A stretch of 64,000 nucleotides of DNA, from contig CAZMFM010000003.1 of assembly GCA_964565565.1 (NCBI GenBank), positions 37,774 to 101,773 of the forward strand. The letters are read 5' to 3'. The notes beneath the pieces were generated by a model. It searched no databases, had not been told where the DNA came from, and saw only the letters and a list, made by a program, of their open reading frames with translations. Source of the stretch: an uncultured Spirochaetaceae bacterium (GTDB lineage Bacteria; Myxococcota_A; UBA9160; UBA4427). The translations under genes and the position numbers were made by a program. Every line of letters begins with the position of its first letter. Within the stretch, counting starts at the first letter, position 1. Below, piece after piece: positions 46,647 to 55,894 of this stretch.

Positions 46647-47296
46647 CGCGAATCCCGGCTCGAACGCGCATAGGCCCGGTGGCGGGGCCCCTGTGGATCG
46701 AGTGGGCCAAGCCCGGCCGGATCCGTGCGATCGGAGGGCTCGAAACCGATGGAACTGACCAGCCCGCCGATTCTTGGAAAAAGCAGTTCGGCATCGCTCA
46801 CGCCCGGCGTAATCTCAAAGGGCGCAACGCCCAGGTCCCGCAAGTTGGCCGGATGGCCCAGATAGCCGAGAACCAGGACTGCGCGCAGCGCCGTCAAGAG
46901 CAGGCGCACCAGTTGATTCGAGTGGCCTTCGAGACGCTCGAGGATCGACACCCGTGAGGCCGCTGAAAGACTCGAAAACCTTCGTCGACCACCGGGTTCG
47001 TTGCCGGGAAAGATCAGCGGAAGGTGCTCAAAGACCAGAAAGAGCGCGCGGATCTGAAGGCGCTTGGCCCGGGGCAAGGCCGAGAGATGACGATCGATAT
47101 AATTGGGCAGACGCGCATCGACGCCTGCGACCGACAATCCCACCCCGCCCGGAAAGAGCACCTCCGCCGCCGAGTCGATGAAGGCCGCTTCTCCACGATG
47201 CAGTACACCGAGCCCGATCGGCGCCGGCCCGTAGCCGGACACGAAGCGCCGATAGAAGAGAAACAGGACGGCAAATGAAATGAACGCGGTCAGCAC
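46643..47296 (-). CDS. Gluconate 2-dehydrogenase subunit-3-like small subunit (partner of the GMC oxidoreductase)
   Basis: 217 aa, ATGA-coupled to the GMC gene. ..AAFIDSAAEVLFPGG..LPNYIDRHL.. resembles the small-subunit family. The N-terminus is a hydrophobic anchor. Confidence 0.55.
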   Translation of the reverse strand: MLTAFISFAVLFLFYRRFVSGYGPAPIGLGVLHRGEAAFIDSAAEVLFPGGVGLSVAGVDARLPNYIDRHLSALPRAKRLQIRALFLVFEHLPLIFPGNEPGGRRRFSSLSAASRVSILERLEGHSNQLVRLLLTALRAVLVLGYLGHPANLRDLGVAPFEITPGVSDAELLFPRIGGLVSSIGFEPSDRTDPAGLGPLDPQGPRHRAYARSSRDSR

Positions 47297-47319
47297 GTTT
47301 CAAGAGTACCCGACCGCGA

Positions 47320-48573
47320 TCACCGCGCACTCGCCTCTGCGTCGGGCGCGATCAAACCATGGACCCATGCGTAGGCTTCGTGCTCGATTCGGGAGAGTTC
47401 TGTGAAATCGAGATGCCAGCGCTCCAGATCGTCCTCGAACTTCTCGACCTGACTGCGCTCGACCGCCTCGGCCAAGGTCAACAACTCGCCCAATTCACCC
47501 TCATGGTGGGTCAATGCCCTCGCAACCTCGTCGCTCAGGCAAAGCTCCTGAACGAGGTCTTCGATCGACCGGCCGAGCAAGGCGTCGGCCAGGGACAACA
47601 TTCCCACGAGAAAGGCACGCTCTCGTTGGGCGTCGCCCTCGCCTGCTGAAGCATTCTGACTGATCACCAGTTCCATCAAACGACCGCGATGGGCCGCCGT
47701 CGTGAGCAAGGGGCTACGAAGATCTGCACCATCGTCTTGCGCATAGAGCAGAATCGAAACCCATCGCGCCAGATGCTGAAGGCCCAGATGCCGAACCGCA
47801 TCGTCGATCGATTCCAGGCGAACGCGAGCCGACTTTCCGGCCGTGTTCACGATCCGCAATAGATTGAGGCTGAGCTTCGCATCCTGCTTGAAGCTGTCGA
47901 CGATCACGCGGGATTCCGCCTCGGCCGAAATCTGCTGAAGGAGCTGTATCAGGGTCGTCTTGGCGGCATCGAGGTCCTTGCCTTCGAGCACGATCGGGCG
48001 CGCAAAATAGTATCCCTGGAAGCGGTCGAAACCCAAGCGATGACAGGTTTCGAATTCCTTGGCGGTCTCGACTTTCTCGGCCAGAAGGAGCAGATCGTGC
48101 TCGCGAAGCGAACGAACCAACCTACGCAGTTCTTTACTTGGAATCGCCGGAAGATCGACCTTCACGATCTCCGAGAAGGGCAGCAGTGGCGCGCGGGGAT
48201 CGTCGACGATCCAATCGTCGAGGGCGATCCGGAAGCCAGCTTCGGTCAGCGCCCGACAGCGTGCGATGACCTCCTCATCCGGTTCGACATCTTCGAGCAC
48301 CTCGATCACCACCCGATCGCGAGGCAACGCCTCGATCGCATCGGACAGCAGGACCTCCCTGTTCACATTGAAGAAACCGTCTGACTGGCCCAGCACCGCT
48401 TCCATTCCCATCGATGCAAAAGTATTGACCATCACGCGAACCGCAGCGCGTCCGACTTCGTCGAAATCAGCCACCTGCGCGTTTCGCGAGCTGCGAAAGA
48501 GCAACTCATAGGCAACCACATGCTGATTCCGATCAACGATCGGCTGACGTCCAATGAAGGCTCCCTGACTCAA
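47320..48573 (-). CDS. EAL + HDOD domain signalling protein (c-di-GMP related, YuxH-like)
   Basis: GRQPIVDRNQHVVAYELLFR.., ..VVIEVLEDV.., ..KVDL.., ..LLAEKVET..FQGYYFARP.., then the HDOD region. Confidence 0.85.
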   Translation of the reverse strand: MSQGAFIGRQPIVDRNQHVVAYELLFRSSRNAQVADFDEVGRAAVRVMVNTFASMGMEAVLGQSDGFFNVNREVLLSDAIEALPRDRVVIEVLEDVEPDEEVIARCRALTEAGFRIALDDWIVDDPRAPLLPFSEIVKVDLPAIPSKELRRLVRSLREHDLLLLAEKVETAKEFETCHRLGFDRFQGYYFARPIVLEGKDLDAAKTTLIQLLQQISAEAESRVIVDSFKQDAKLSLNLLRIVNTAGKSARVRLESIDDAVRHLGLQHLARWVSILLYAQDDGADLRSPLLTTAAHRGRLMELVISQNASAGEGDAQRERAFLVGMLSLADALLGRSIEDLVQELCLSDEVARALTHHEGELGELLTLAEAVERSQVEKFEDDLERWHLDFTELSRIEHEAYAWVHGLIAPDAEASAR

Positions 48574-48706
48574 AGCGATCTCCCTTAGTCCCTCCTCCCG
48601 TTTCGGCGACCGACGACACCGGTTTAGGCACCATTCTCGATCGGGTGGCTTTGGAGGACATTCGGCCGCTTCCAGGAAGACGGGTCAGGGAAGACCCGAG
48701 CCCTGC

Positions 48707-49654
48707 TCAGGGTTCGCAGGGAGGTTCGTAGGGAGGCTCGTCGCGAAGGCCCACGTTCTTCGGAAAATCCTGCGAGACGCGCAGTGTGAACGCAGGTGGC
48801 CGCTTCTCGAGGAAGCTCATCACACCTTCGCGACTGTCCGCGCGTGCACCCATATAGTTGATCGCGGCCGAATCGAGTCGATGTGCGTCCATCGGATGCG
48901 AAGCGCCTAGCATCTGCCACATCATCTGCCTGGAGAGTGCGACGGAAACCGAACTCGTATTCTGCGCAATTTCGAGCGCCAATTCCCTCGCTCGAGGCAG
49001 CAGCCCATCCGCCGACAGGATCTCTGAAACCAGGCCACCTCGAAGCGCTTCGTCGGCATCGAAGACGCGACCGGTCGCCACCCATTCCATCGCCCGGTTG
49101 ATTCCCACGACCCGCGGTAGAAACCAACTGCTGCACGCCTCGGGAACAACGCCACGTCGCGCAAACACGAAACCAAATCGCGCTGCGCTACTCGCCAATC
49201 GAATATCCATCGGCAGAATCGAGGTCACGCCGACACCCACAGCGGGCCCATTCACAGCGGCGATCAACGGCTTCAGGCTGCGATAGATCCGAAGCGTCAC
49301 CATGCCGCCTACATCGCGGGGCTCCGCGGCATCCTGACCACCGGCTTCGTCACTGGCATGGCTCGGATCGAAGGTCGCGCCGCCGGAACTCAAATCGGCC
49401 CCTGCACAGAAGCCCCGCCCCGCACCCGTCACGATCACGGCACGGACGGAGTCATCGCCGTCCGCATCGTCGAGGACCGTGAACCAGTCCCTGGCCATTT
49501 GCATCGTGAACGCATTCAATTTCTCGGGACGATTCAGCGTGATCGTCATGACACCGTCCGATTTGTCGACCAACATCGTCTTCAAGGTGCCGTCCGACTC
49601 GTCCCCTGTCGTCTCGCCCCGCCGCTTGCCTGCCTGCTCCGTTTTTCCCGCCAT
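48707..49654 (-). CDS. Enoyl-CoA hydratase/isomerase (crotonase) family protein
   Basis: ..ITLNRPEKLNAF..VIVTGAGRGFCAGADL..IAAVNGPAVGVG.. I chose the start at ATG 49654 (GGGAGAG upstream); ATG 49660 is equally possible. The track ORF extension to 50077 overlaps the opposite-strand yfcE-like gene. Confidence 0.85.
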   Translation of the reverse strand: MAGKTEQAGKRRGETTGDESDGTLKTMLVDKSDGVMTITLNRPEKLNAFTMQMARDWFTVLDDADGDDSVRAVIVTGAGRGFCAGADLSSGGATFDPSHASDEAGGQDAAEPRDVGGMVTLRIYRSLKPLIAAVNGPAVGVGVTSILPMDIRLASSAARFGFVFARRGVVPEACSSWFLPRVVGINRAMEWVATGRVFDADEALRGGLVSEILSADGLLPRARELALEIAQNTSSVSVALSRQMMWQMLGASHPMDAHRLDSAAINYMGARADSREGVMSFLEKRPPAFTLRVSQDFPKNVGLRDEPPYEPPCEP

Positions 49655-49748
49655 GCTCATCTCTCCCGATTCCGTGAACGACTCAAATTTTCGAGACCGC
49701 ACTCTAGCGTGCCGCCAGAGCGAGCCGACGACGTGATAGCATTCCTCG

Positions 49749-50237
49749 ATGCGAATTGGCGTCGTCAGCGACACGCACGATCGATTGATGAACGTGGAAC
49801 GAATAGTCGATCTATTCAATGAGACGGGGGTCGAGCGGGTCATCCACACCGGAGATCTCACGAAGACCGCTGTGCTCGAGGAATTTGCGAGACTCGAAGC
49901 GCCGCTCTTCGGTGTATTCGGGAACAACGACATTCCCGACCACCCGCGCCTGGAGATGGATGCTAGGCGACTCGGTCTGAATTTCGTCTTGCCACCGCGC
50001 ACGCTCGAATGGGCCGGCCGGCGCATTCTCGTGCTCCACGACCCGGAAGACTCGGCGGCGAATTGGTCGGAAGACATCGACCTCGTCCTTCACGGCCATA
50101 CCCATCGCCATCGGCACGAACAACAAGGCGAGACCCTGATCTTCAATCCCGGCGAATGCGCCGGATTCATGTCCGGACACAACGCAATCGGCTTGATCGA
50201 CCTGGTGTCCCTCGAAGCCGAGCGGCTACTTTTTTGA
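49749..50237 (+). CDS. Metallophosphoesterase, YfcE/MJ0936 family
   Basis: MRIGVVSDTHD..VIHTGDL..GNND..LHGHTH. Confidence 0.85.
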   Translation: MRIGVVSDTHDRLMNVERIVDLFNETGVERVIHTGDLTKTAVLEEFARLEAPLFGVFGNNDIPDHPRLEMDARRLGLNFVLPPRTLEWAGRRILVLHDPEDSAANWSEDIDLVLHGHTHRHRHEQQGETLIFNPGECAGFMSGHNAIGLIDLVSLEAERLLF

Positions 50238-50325
50238 AACGACCCGACGCGCGCTCGCCGGGTTCGAACCGAGCACGATTCGGTCAAACCTGCACCACGA
50301 CGCCTCAATCCATCAAGATCGGAGC

Positions 50326-51894
50326 ATGCAGAACACCATGAGCTGGAAATCCGAAGTCGATGAAATCGAAGCGCGCAGGGAGGCCGCCCGGGCCATGGGC
50401 GGACCCGAATCCGTCGAACGCCAGCATGCTCGCGGACGACTCACGATCCGTGAACGACTCGACCGACTGGTCGACGACGGCAGCCTCGAAGAGCAGGGAC
50501 CCATCGCCGGCGAGGCCGAACGCGACGAAGAAGGTCGCGTCACGGCCTTCTACCCGGCCAACTACCTGCTCGGACTGGCGACGATCGATGGCCGGCCAAT
50601 CGTCGTGGGCGGTGAGGACTTCACGCAACGAGGCGGCTCGCCTTCCCCGGCCGGTTTGCGACGCAGTGTCTATGCCGAAACCCTGGCGATCGATCTACGC
50701 GTCCCGCTCGTGCGTTTTCTCGAAGGCGGCGGCGGAAGTGTCGCCGGCTCTGGTGGAAAGACGGGCCAACCGCGCATGGCCGGTGACCCGGTCTTCACGC
50801 CCTCTCGCTTCCTCTCGATCGCCCAGGTCATGAAGATCGTTCCCGTGGCTTCAGCCGCCGTCGGGGCGGTCGCTGGCTTCCCCGCCGCACGCTTGGCCGC
50901 TTCGCATTTCTCTGTCATGACACGCGACACCGCGCAGATCCTGATCGGTGGTCCCGCCCTCGTCGAGCGTGCACTGGGCGAGAAACTGACCAAGCAAGAA
51001 CTTGGCGGAGCAAAGATCCACACCCGTTCGGGCGTCGTCGACAACGTCGCCAAGGACGAAAACGACGCAATCGATCAGATGCGGCGTTTCCTTTCGTATC
51101 TGCCGACGAACGTGCTCACGCTTCCCCCCTGCGAAGAAAACCCGAGCGATGATCCCGAGCGTCGGGCCGAGGAGTTACTCGACATCATTCCCCGGGAGCG
51201 CCGGCAGGTCTACGCGATGCGCAAAATCATCAAGGCCATCTTCGACCGGGAGAGCTTCTTTGAAATGACCAAGGGATATGGGCGTAGCCAGATCACGGGG
51301 CTGGCCCGACTGGCCGGACACCCGGTCGGCCTATTGGCCAACGATCCCCATTTCTATGCCGGATCGATGGATGCCGAAGGCGCCCAGAAGGTCCGCCGCT
51401 TCGTCGAGTTCTGCGACACCTTTCATCTTCCGCTGATCAGTCTCGTCGACGAACCCGGCTTCATGATCGGTTCCGCGTCTGAACAGGCCGGGACGATTCG
51501 CTATGGCGTTGAAGCCATTGCGGCCGTCGTCACCAGCCGTGTTCCCTGGTGCACCGTCATGGTGCGCAAGGCCTATGGGGTCGCGGCCGCCGCACATTTC
51601 GGACCACGGGGCCATGTGCTCGCCTGGCCCTCCGCGGAATCTGGCGCGCTACCGATCGAAGGCGGCGTGGCCGTCGCATTTCGTCGCGAGATCGCAGCGG
51701 CGGATGACCCCGACGCCAAGCGCGCCGAATTGGAAGAAGCCTTCGCGGCCCGACGCAGTCCATTCCCGCGTGCGGAGTCGTTTTCGGTTCACGACCTCAT
51801 CGATCCCCGCGAGACGCGCTCGCGTCTCTGTCGTTGGCTAGGCCATGTCTGGCCCCTTCTGAGCGAGCAGATCCCGACGCGGCTGCCGAGTTGA
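50326..51894 (+). CDS. Acyl-CoA carboxylase carboxyltransferase subunit (PccB/MccB-like)
   Basis: ..RGRLTIRERLDRLVD.GS..E.., ..VVGGEDFTQRGGS.., ..LGGAKIHTRSGVVDNVAKDE..A...R.FLSYLP.. and the second CT repeat. Confidence 0.85.
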   Translation: MQNTMSWKSEVDEIEARREAARAMGGPESVERQHARGRLTIRERLDRLVDDGSLEEQGPIAGEAERDEEGRVTAFYPANYLLGLATIDGRPIVVGGEDFTQRGGSPSPAGLRRSVYAETLAIDLRVPLVRFLEGGGGSVAGSGGKTGQPRMAGDPVFTPSRFLSIAQVMKIVPVASAAVGAVAGFPAARLAASHFSVMTRDTAQILIGGPALVERALGEKLTKQELGGAKIHTRSGVVDNVAKDENDAIDQMRRFLSYLPTNVLTLPPCEENPSDDPERRAEELLDIIPRERRQVYAMRKIIKAIFDRESFFEMTKGYGRSQITGLARLAGHPVGLLANDPHFYAGSMDAEGAQKVRRFVEFCDTFHLPLISLVDEPGFMIGSASEQAGTIRYGVEAIAAVVTSRVPWCTVMVRKAYGVAAAAHFGPRGHVLAWPSAESGALPIEGGVAVAFRREIAAADDPDAKRAELEEAFAARRSPFPRAESFSVHDLIDPRETRSRLCRWLGHVWPLLSEQIPTRLPS

Positions 51895-51928
51895 AACGAT
51901 TCAAAAGGAGCGTTTCCGAGCGAACTGC

Positions 51929-52921
51929 TCAGTCGCAGCGCCGACCGATCACCTGACCGAGCCTCAATGTCTCACCGACGGGTCGGGGTTCGAGTTGGCA
52001 AAGCCCCGGCGGTGTCAGCATGACGATCGTCGAGCCGAACTCGAAATGGCCCCACTGCTCGCCCCGTTCGAAGCCGGGGACATGATCTCCTATTTCTCGG
52101 TGTTCCGGCCGTCGATGGCCAAGATTCGAAGTCAGGTCGTCAAAGGACAAATGGATACTGCCGACCATGGTCGCGCCGACGGCGACGAGTGCGATTTCGG
52201 CCGACTCCAGCTCCGGCTCCCGCCCACCGCCGGTCGCGCCCGCCCCAACATCGAAGTAGGCGCAGATTCGTTCATTGCGCGCAAAAAGCCGATCGACTCC
52301 TCGCAGCCCGATGGCATTGACCGGCCAGAGCGACCCGGGAAAATAGTCGACCCGACGGAAGCGCCCGGCCAAGGGTGTATGAAAACGATGATAGTCGCGC
52401 GGGGACAAATAGAAGGTGGCGAAGGAGCCGCCCTCGTACCGACGTGCTAGATCCTCGTCGGCCAGAAACTCGGCGACCGCATAACGCCGCCCTTTGACCT
52501 GAAGAAGCAGCCCGCGCTCGATTCGACCGGCCTCTCCCCAGGCGCCATCACACGGAGAAACCAGACAGCGCGAGTCGCCATCGATCGGCCGCGCGCCATC
52601 CCGCAACGCACGGGTGAAGAACTGCTGAAGCGAGTCGTGGAACTCGATCGGCTCCTTCGCCTCGGATAGATCCACCCCCGCCACGCGTGCAAAAAGCTTG
52701 ATCTCGAATCGCTGCAGGGGACCCGGCAAATGGCGTGAAGCGATCCAGCCCGCAATCCGAGAAATTCCATTCTTCGGCAACACGTAGAGCAATGCGAGCA
52801 GCAAGCGCGCTAGGCCCGAGAGCGGCAAACCCTGCTCATCCCCATGTCGTTGTGGATCCACCTCCAGAGAAGCTGGAGAAAGCGATGAAGATTGATCTTC
52901 GGGTGCGCCGGGGTCTGCCAT
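51929..52921 (-). CDS. psd: Phosphatidylserine decarboxylase proenzyme
   Basis: ..SPCDG.., ..FYLSPRDYHRFH.P.. and the self-cleavage motif ..GHFEFGSTIV... Start chosen at ATG 52921. Confidence 0.9.
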   Translation of the reverse strand: MADPGAPEDQSSSLSPASLEVDPQRHGDEQGLPLSGLARLLLALLYVLPKNGISRIAGWIASRHLPGPLQRFEIKLFARVAGVDLSEAKEPIEFHDSLQQFFTRALRDGARPIDGDSRCLVSPCDGAWGEAGRIERGLLLQVKGRRYAVAEFLADEDLARRYEGGSFATFYLSPRDYHRFHTPLAGRFRRVDYFPGSLWPVNAIGLRGVDRLFARNERICAYFDVGAGATGGGREPELESAEIALVAVGATMVGSIHLSFDDLTSNLGHRRPEHREIGDHVPGFERGEQWGHFEFGSTIVMLTPPGLCQLEPRPVGETLRLGQVIGRRCD

Positions 52922-52941
52922 TCGCGATAGGATAACGTGAA

Positions 52942-54804
52942 TTGGGAGGACAAGCGGGATTGGATGAGACAACGCCAATAGAGCCAAGCGCCCTGGCTTC
53001 GGACGACGAGGATCAACTCCTCGGCACGCTGCTCGATGACCGCTATGAGATCCAGCAATCCCTCGATCGCGGCGGAATGGGAACCGTCTATCTAGCCTGG
53101 GACGCCAAGCTCGAACGCAAGGTCGTGGTTAAGATTCCGCACGCGCGTCTGATGACAGATCGCACCTTCCGACTGCGATTTCTGCAGGAAATTCGCGATC
53201 TCGCCAATCATGAGCATCCCGCGATTCTTCGCATCGAAGGCTCGGGCTCTCATGGCGATGTCCCCTATGCCGTCGTGCAATATCTGCGTGGAGGGAATCT
53301 TCGCGAACGCATCACTGCACAGGGCGGGCAGGAAACGCCGAGCCAGATCCTTGAATGGCTTCCGACTGTGGCCGATGCCCTCGACACCGTTCATCGAAAC
53401 GGCTCGCTCCATCGCGACGTCAAGCCAGCCAATATCCTCTTCGATGAACGGGGCAATGCGGTGCTCTCTGATTTCGGAATCGCAACCGCGATCGGGGCCG
53501 CCGATCCGGACGCGCCTACCCAGGCCGTTCAACAAGAACTGACGGTCGTAGGCACTTTCATCGGATCCCCGGCCTACGCCCCACCCGAAGCCATCGATCG
53601 CCTGCTCACCCCCGCCTACGACCAATACAGCCTGGCGACGGTTGTCTATCTCGCCGTCACCGGCGAGCTGCCATTCAGCGGGCAGACCAACGAAGCCATC
53701 CTGATCGCCAAAGAACGGGACGCACCCCCACCGATCGACCACAAACGACTGAAGGCGCCACTATCGAGATCGTCCGAGAAGGCGATCATGAAAGCGCTGT
53801 CGCGTCGGCCGGAAGATCGTTTCGAAAGCTGCAGTGCGTTCGCCAAGGCCTTCGGCGAAAATGGTGCAGCAGCCGACTCGAATCTACCCTGGGCCAAGAT
53901 CGCGACGGCCGTCGCCACACTCGCCCTCGTCGGGCTAGCCGCGACTCAGATCGAATGGCCTCGAAGTACATCCTCGCCCGCCATGCCCGCCGCCTCGTCG
54001 GCCAGCTACGAAGCGACCTCTCCGAAGACAGGCCAAGAGACCGCTCTCGCCAAGACAATCTCGAGCGCACCCATCACGGTAGAACTCGGCAGCCGCCCCG
54101 ACGAGATCGATCGCGCGGTCACGATCTGCAAACGAGGTGGAGGCATCGGCCAGGACTGCGCGCGCGAAGTATTCGCCGATGAGCGACTGCGAACCGTCAC
54201 TCTACGCCCCTTCACCATCGATCAACATGAAGTCACCAACGCAGACTTCGCTCGATTCTCCGAACAAGCGAACTACGTCTCGACAGCGGAGGTACGCGGC
54301 TACAGCTGGGACATAACGAAATGTCGCGGTTGCAGCTGGAGAAACCCGCGACCCGGCCAGACCATTTTGGATCGCACCGACGACCCCGTCGTCCATGTTT
54401 CCTGGGCCGATAGCCAGGCGTATTGCGATTGGGCTGGATCGCGCCTGCCCTCGGAGGACGAATGGGAACTCGCCGCCCGTGGCGAGGCGCGGCGAACCTA
54501 TCCATGGGGCGATCAATGGGATCAGGCGCGCGTTCGCGACCTCGACGCGAAGGGCATCGGACTCGAACCTGTAGGCTCCCATCCTGAGGGCGCGACGCCA
54601 GAGGGTGTTCAGGATCTCGCCGGCAGCGTGTGGGAATGGACGTCGACGGCCAGCCCGTCCGGCGACCGACAAATCTTCAAGGGCGGATCATGGGTGGAAC
54701 GAAATCCCGCCTATCTACGATCCGCCGCATTCTCCGAAGAAGCCGCGGAGTATTCGAGCATCTCGCTCGGGTTTCGTTGCGCGCGAGACGTCTCGCCCCG
54801 CTGA
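52942..54804 (+). CDS. Receptor Ser/Thr protein kinase with extracytoplasmic FGE-sulfatase (SUMF1-like) domain
   Basis: Kinase motifs GGMGTVYLA..VVVKI, HRDVKPANILF, DFGIA and SPAYAPPE. One TM segment (WAKIATAVATLALVGLAATQI). FGE-type domain (VVHVSWADSQAYCDWAGSRLPSEDEWELAARG..YPWG..WEWT..KGGSW..GFRCARD). The only in-frame start candidates are TTG 52942 and TTG 52960. Confidence 0.85.
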   Translation: MGGQAGLDETTPIEPSALASDDEDQLLGTLLDDRYEIQQSLDRGGMGTVYLAWDAKLERKVVVKIPHARLMTDRTFRLRFLQEIRDLANHEHPAILRIEGSGSHGDVPYAVVQYLRGGNLRERITAQGGQETPSQILEWLPTVADALDTVHRNGSLHRDVKPANILFDERGNAVLSDFGIATAIGAADPDAPTQAVQQELTVVGTFIGSPAYAPPEAIDRLLTPAYDQYSLATVVYLAVTGELPFSGQTNEAILIAKERDAPPPIDHKRLKAPLSRSSEKAIMKALSRRPEDRFESCSAFAKAFGENGAAADSNLPWAKIATAVATLALVGLAATQIEWPRSTSSPAMPAASSASYEATSPKTGQETALAKTISSAPITVELGSRPDEIDRAVTICKRGGGIGQDCAREVFADERLRTVTLRPFTIDQHEVTNADFARFSEQANYVSTAEVRGYSWDITKCRGCSWRNPRPGQTILDRTDDPVVHVSWADSQAYCDWAGSRLPSEDEWELAARGEARRTYPWGDQWDQARVRDLDAKGIGLEPVGSHPEGATPEGVQDLAGSVWEWTSTASPSGDRQIFKGGSWVERNPAYLRSAAFSEEAAEYSSISLGFRCARDVSPR

Positions 54805-54859
54805 ATCTAGTCTCGATTGAGCGAAACCGAGTGCTCGCCCCGCCCGGCGTCGGAACCGC

Positions 54860-55894
54860 CTATCGAAGCGGTGTGAACTCCACTCGCCGATTCATCTGCC
54901 GCGCATAGTCGGATTCATCCTGCATCAGTGGATGCGTCTCACCCATTGCCTCGACCTCGAGCCGGTCCGCATCGATGCCACCGGTCTCGATCAAGTAGTC
55001 GCGAACCGATTCTGCCCGGCGTCCAGAGAGCCCCATATTGTGTTGTTCCGAGCCACGGGCGTCGGTATGGCCGGCGACCTTGAAGCGCATCCCTCGAAGT
55101 TTTGGATCCTCGAGTGCTCGGGCGAATTCGTCGACATTGCGTCGGGCGGCGGCGTCGAGGTCGAATGAGTTCGTCTGGAATTGAATTTGCAAGTCCAGCT
55201 TTGCGGGTCGAATCGAGCGCGTCCGCTCCCCGAAGAAGCCAACGATATCCGCCGACCGATACTGAACGGACCCGCGGCCATCGACCTGCTGCGCAACCTG
55301 GGCGACACGGAACTCACCCGACGCCCGCGACGCGAGAATCCGGGACAGCTGCTGCGCAAAGGCCGGAGCCTGGTGCGGTTCAAAGGAAACAACAATGTCG
55401 GTGCTCTCGATCCCAAGATCTGCTCGGGTGATCGGCTTGTTTGTCACGATCGCATAGACCAGGTCGCGACCAATCGGAGGCTGCACGGTCAGATGAAAAC
55501 CGTCGCTGGCCGACGGAAGGCGAATCGCCTGGCCCGAACGGACGAGCCCCGCTTCGACATCCGACCGCGGGTAGAGCAAGGTGGCCGATCCATGCGTATC
55601 GATGTGAATCGCCGCCAGGTACCCGGGGCGAGATGATTCGAATCGATAGACCAATTGGTCCCCGATTCTCAGCGGCTGACCGCCACCCTCGTTGACGAGA
55701 ACCCGAACCGAATCATCATCCTCTCGTGCCAGCAACGCATCGAGTAGCTCAAGCGTCTCGTCACGGGGCCCCGCGCTCGCCTGCGAAGTTGTCCCAATCA
55801 GTGTCATCAGAGTGAAGAGCACCGCGGACAACATGATCAAGCCGGGCGTCGATATCAGGCTGCTGACCGTTCCTGCCGAACCTTGATTCATCAT
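54860..55894 (-). CDS. DUF4384 domain + OmpA-family peptidoglycan-binding protein
   Basis: Signal peptide. DUF4384-like ..PLRIGDQLVYRFESSRPGYLAAIHIDTHGSATLLYP... OmpA C-like ..IQFQTNSFDLD..FKVAGHTDARGSEQHNMGLSGRRAESVRDYL... ATG 55894 overlaps the upstream stop (ATGA). Confidence 0.8.
   Translation of the reverse strand: MMNQGSAGTVSSLISTPGLIMLSAVLFTLMTLIGTTSQASAGPRDETLELLDALLAREDDDSVRVLVNEGGGQPLRIGDQLVYRFESSRPGYLAAIHIDTHGSATLLYPRSDVEAGLVRSGQAIRLPSASDGFHLTVQPPIGRDLVYAIVTNKPITRADLGIESTDIVVSFEPHQAPAFAQQLSRILASRASGEFRVAQVAQQVDGRGSVQYRSADIVGFFGERTRSIRPAKLDLQIQFQTNSFDLDAAARRNVDEFARALEDPKLRGMRFKVAGHTDARGSEQHNMGLSGRRAESVRDYLIETGGIDADRLEVEAMGETHPLMQDESDYARQMNRRVEFTPLR

Noticed and set aside
49655-50077. 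N-terminal extension of the enoyl-CoA hydratase ORF (track start 50077).
   Set aside because: The extension overlaps the well-supported opposite-strand YfcE-like phosphoesterase gene and has no crotonase similarity. A GGGAGAG Shine-Dalgarno precedes the internal ATG pair at 49660/49654.
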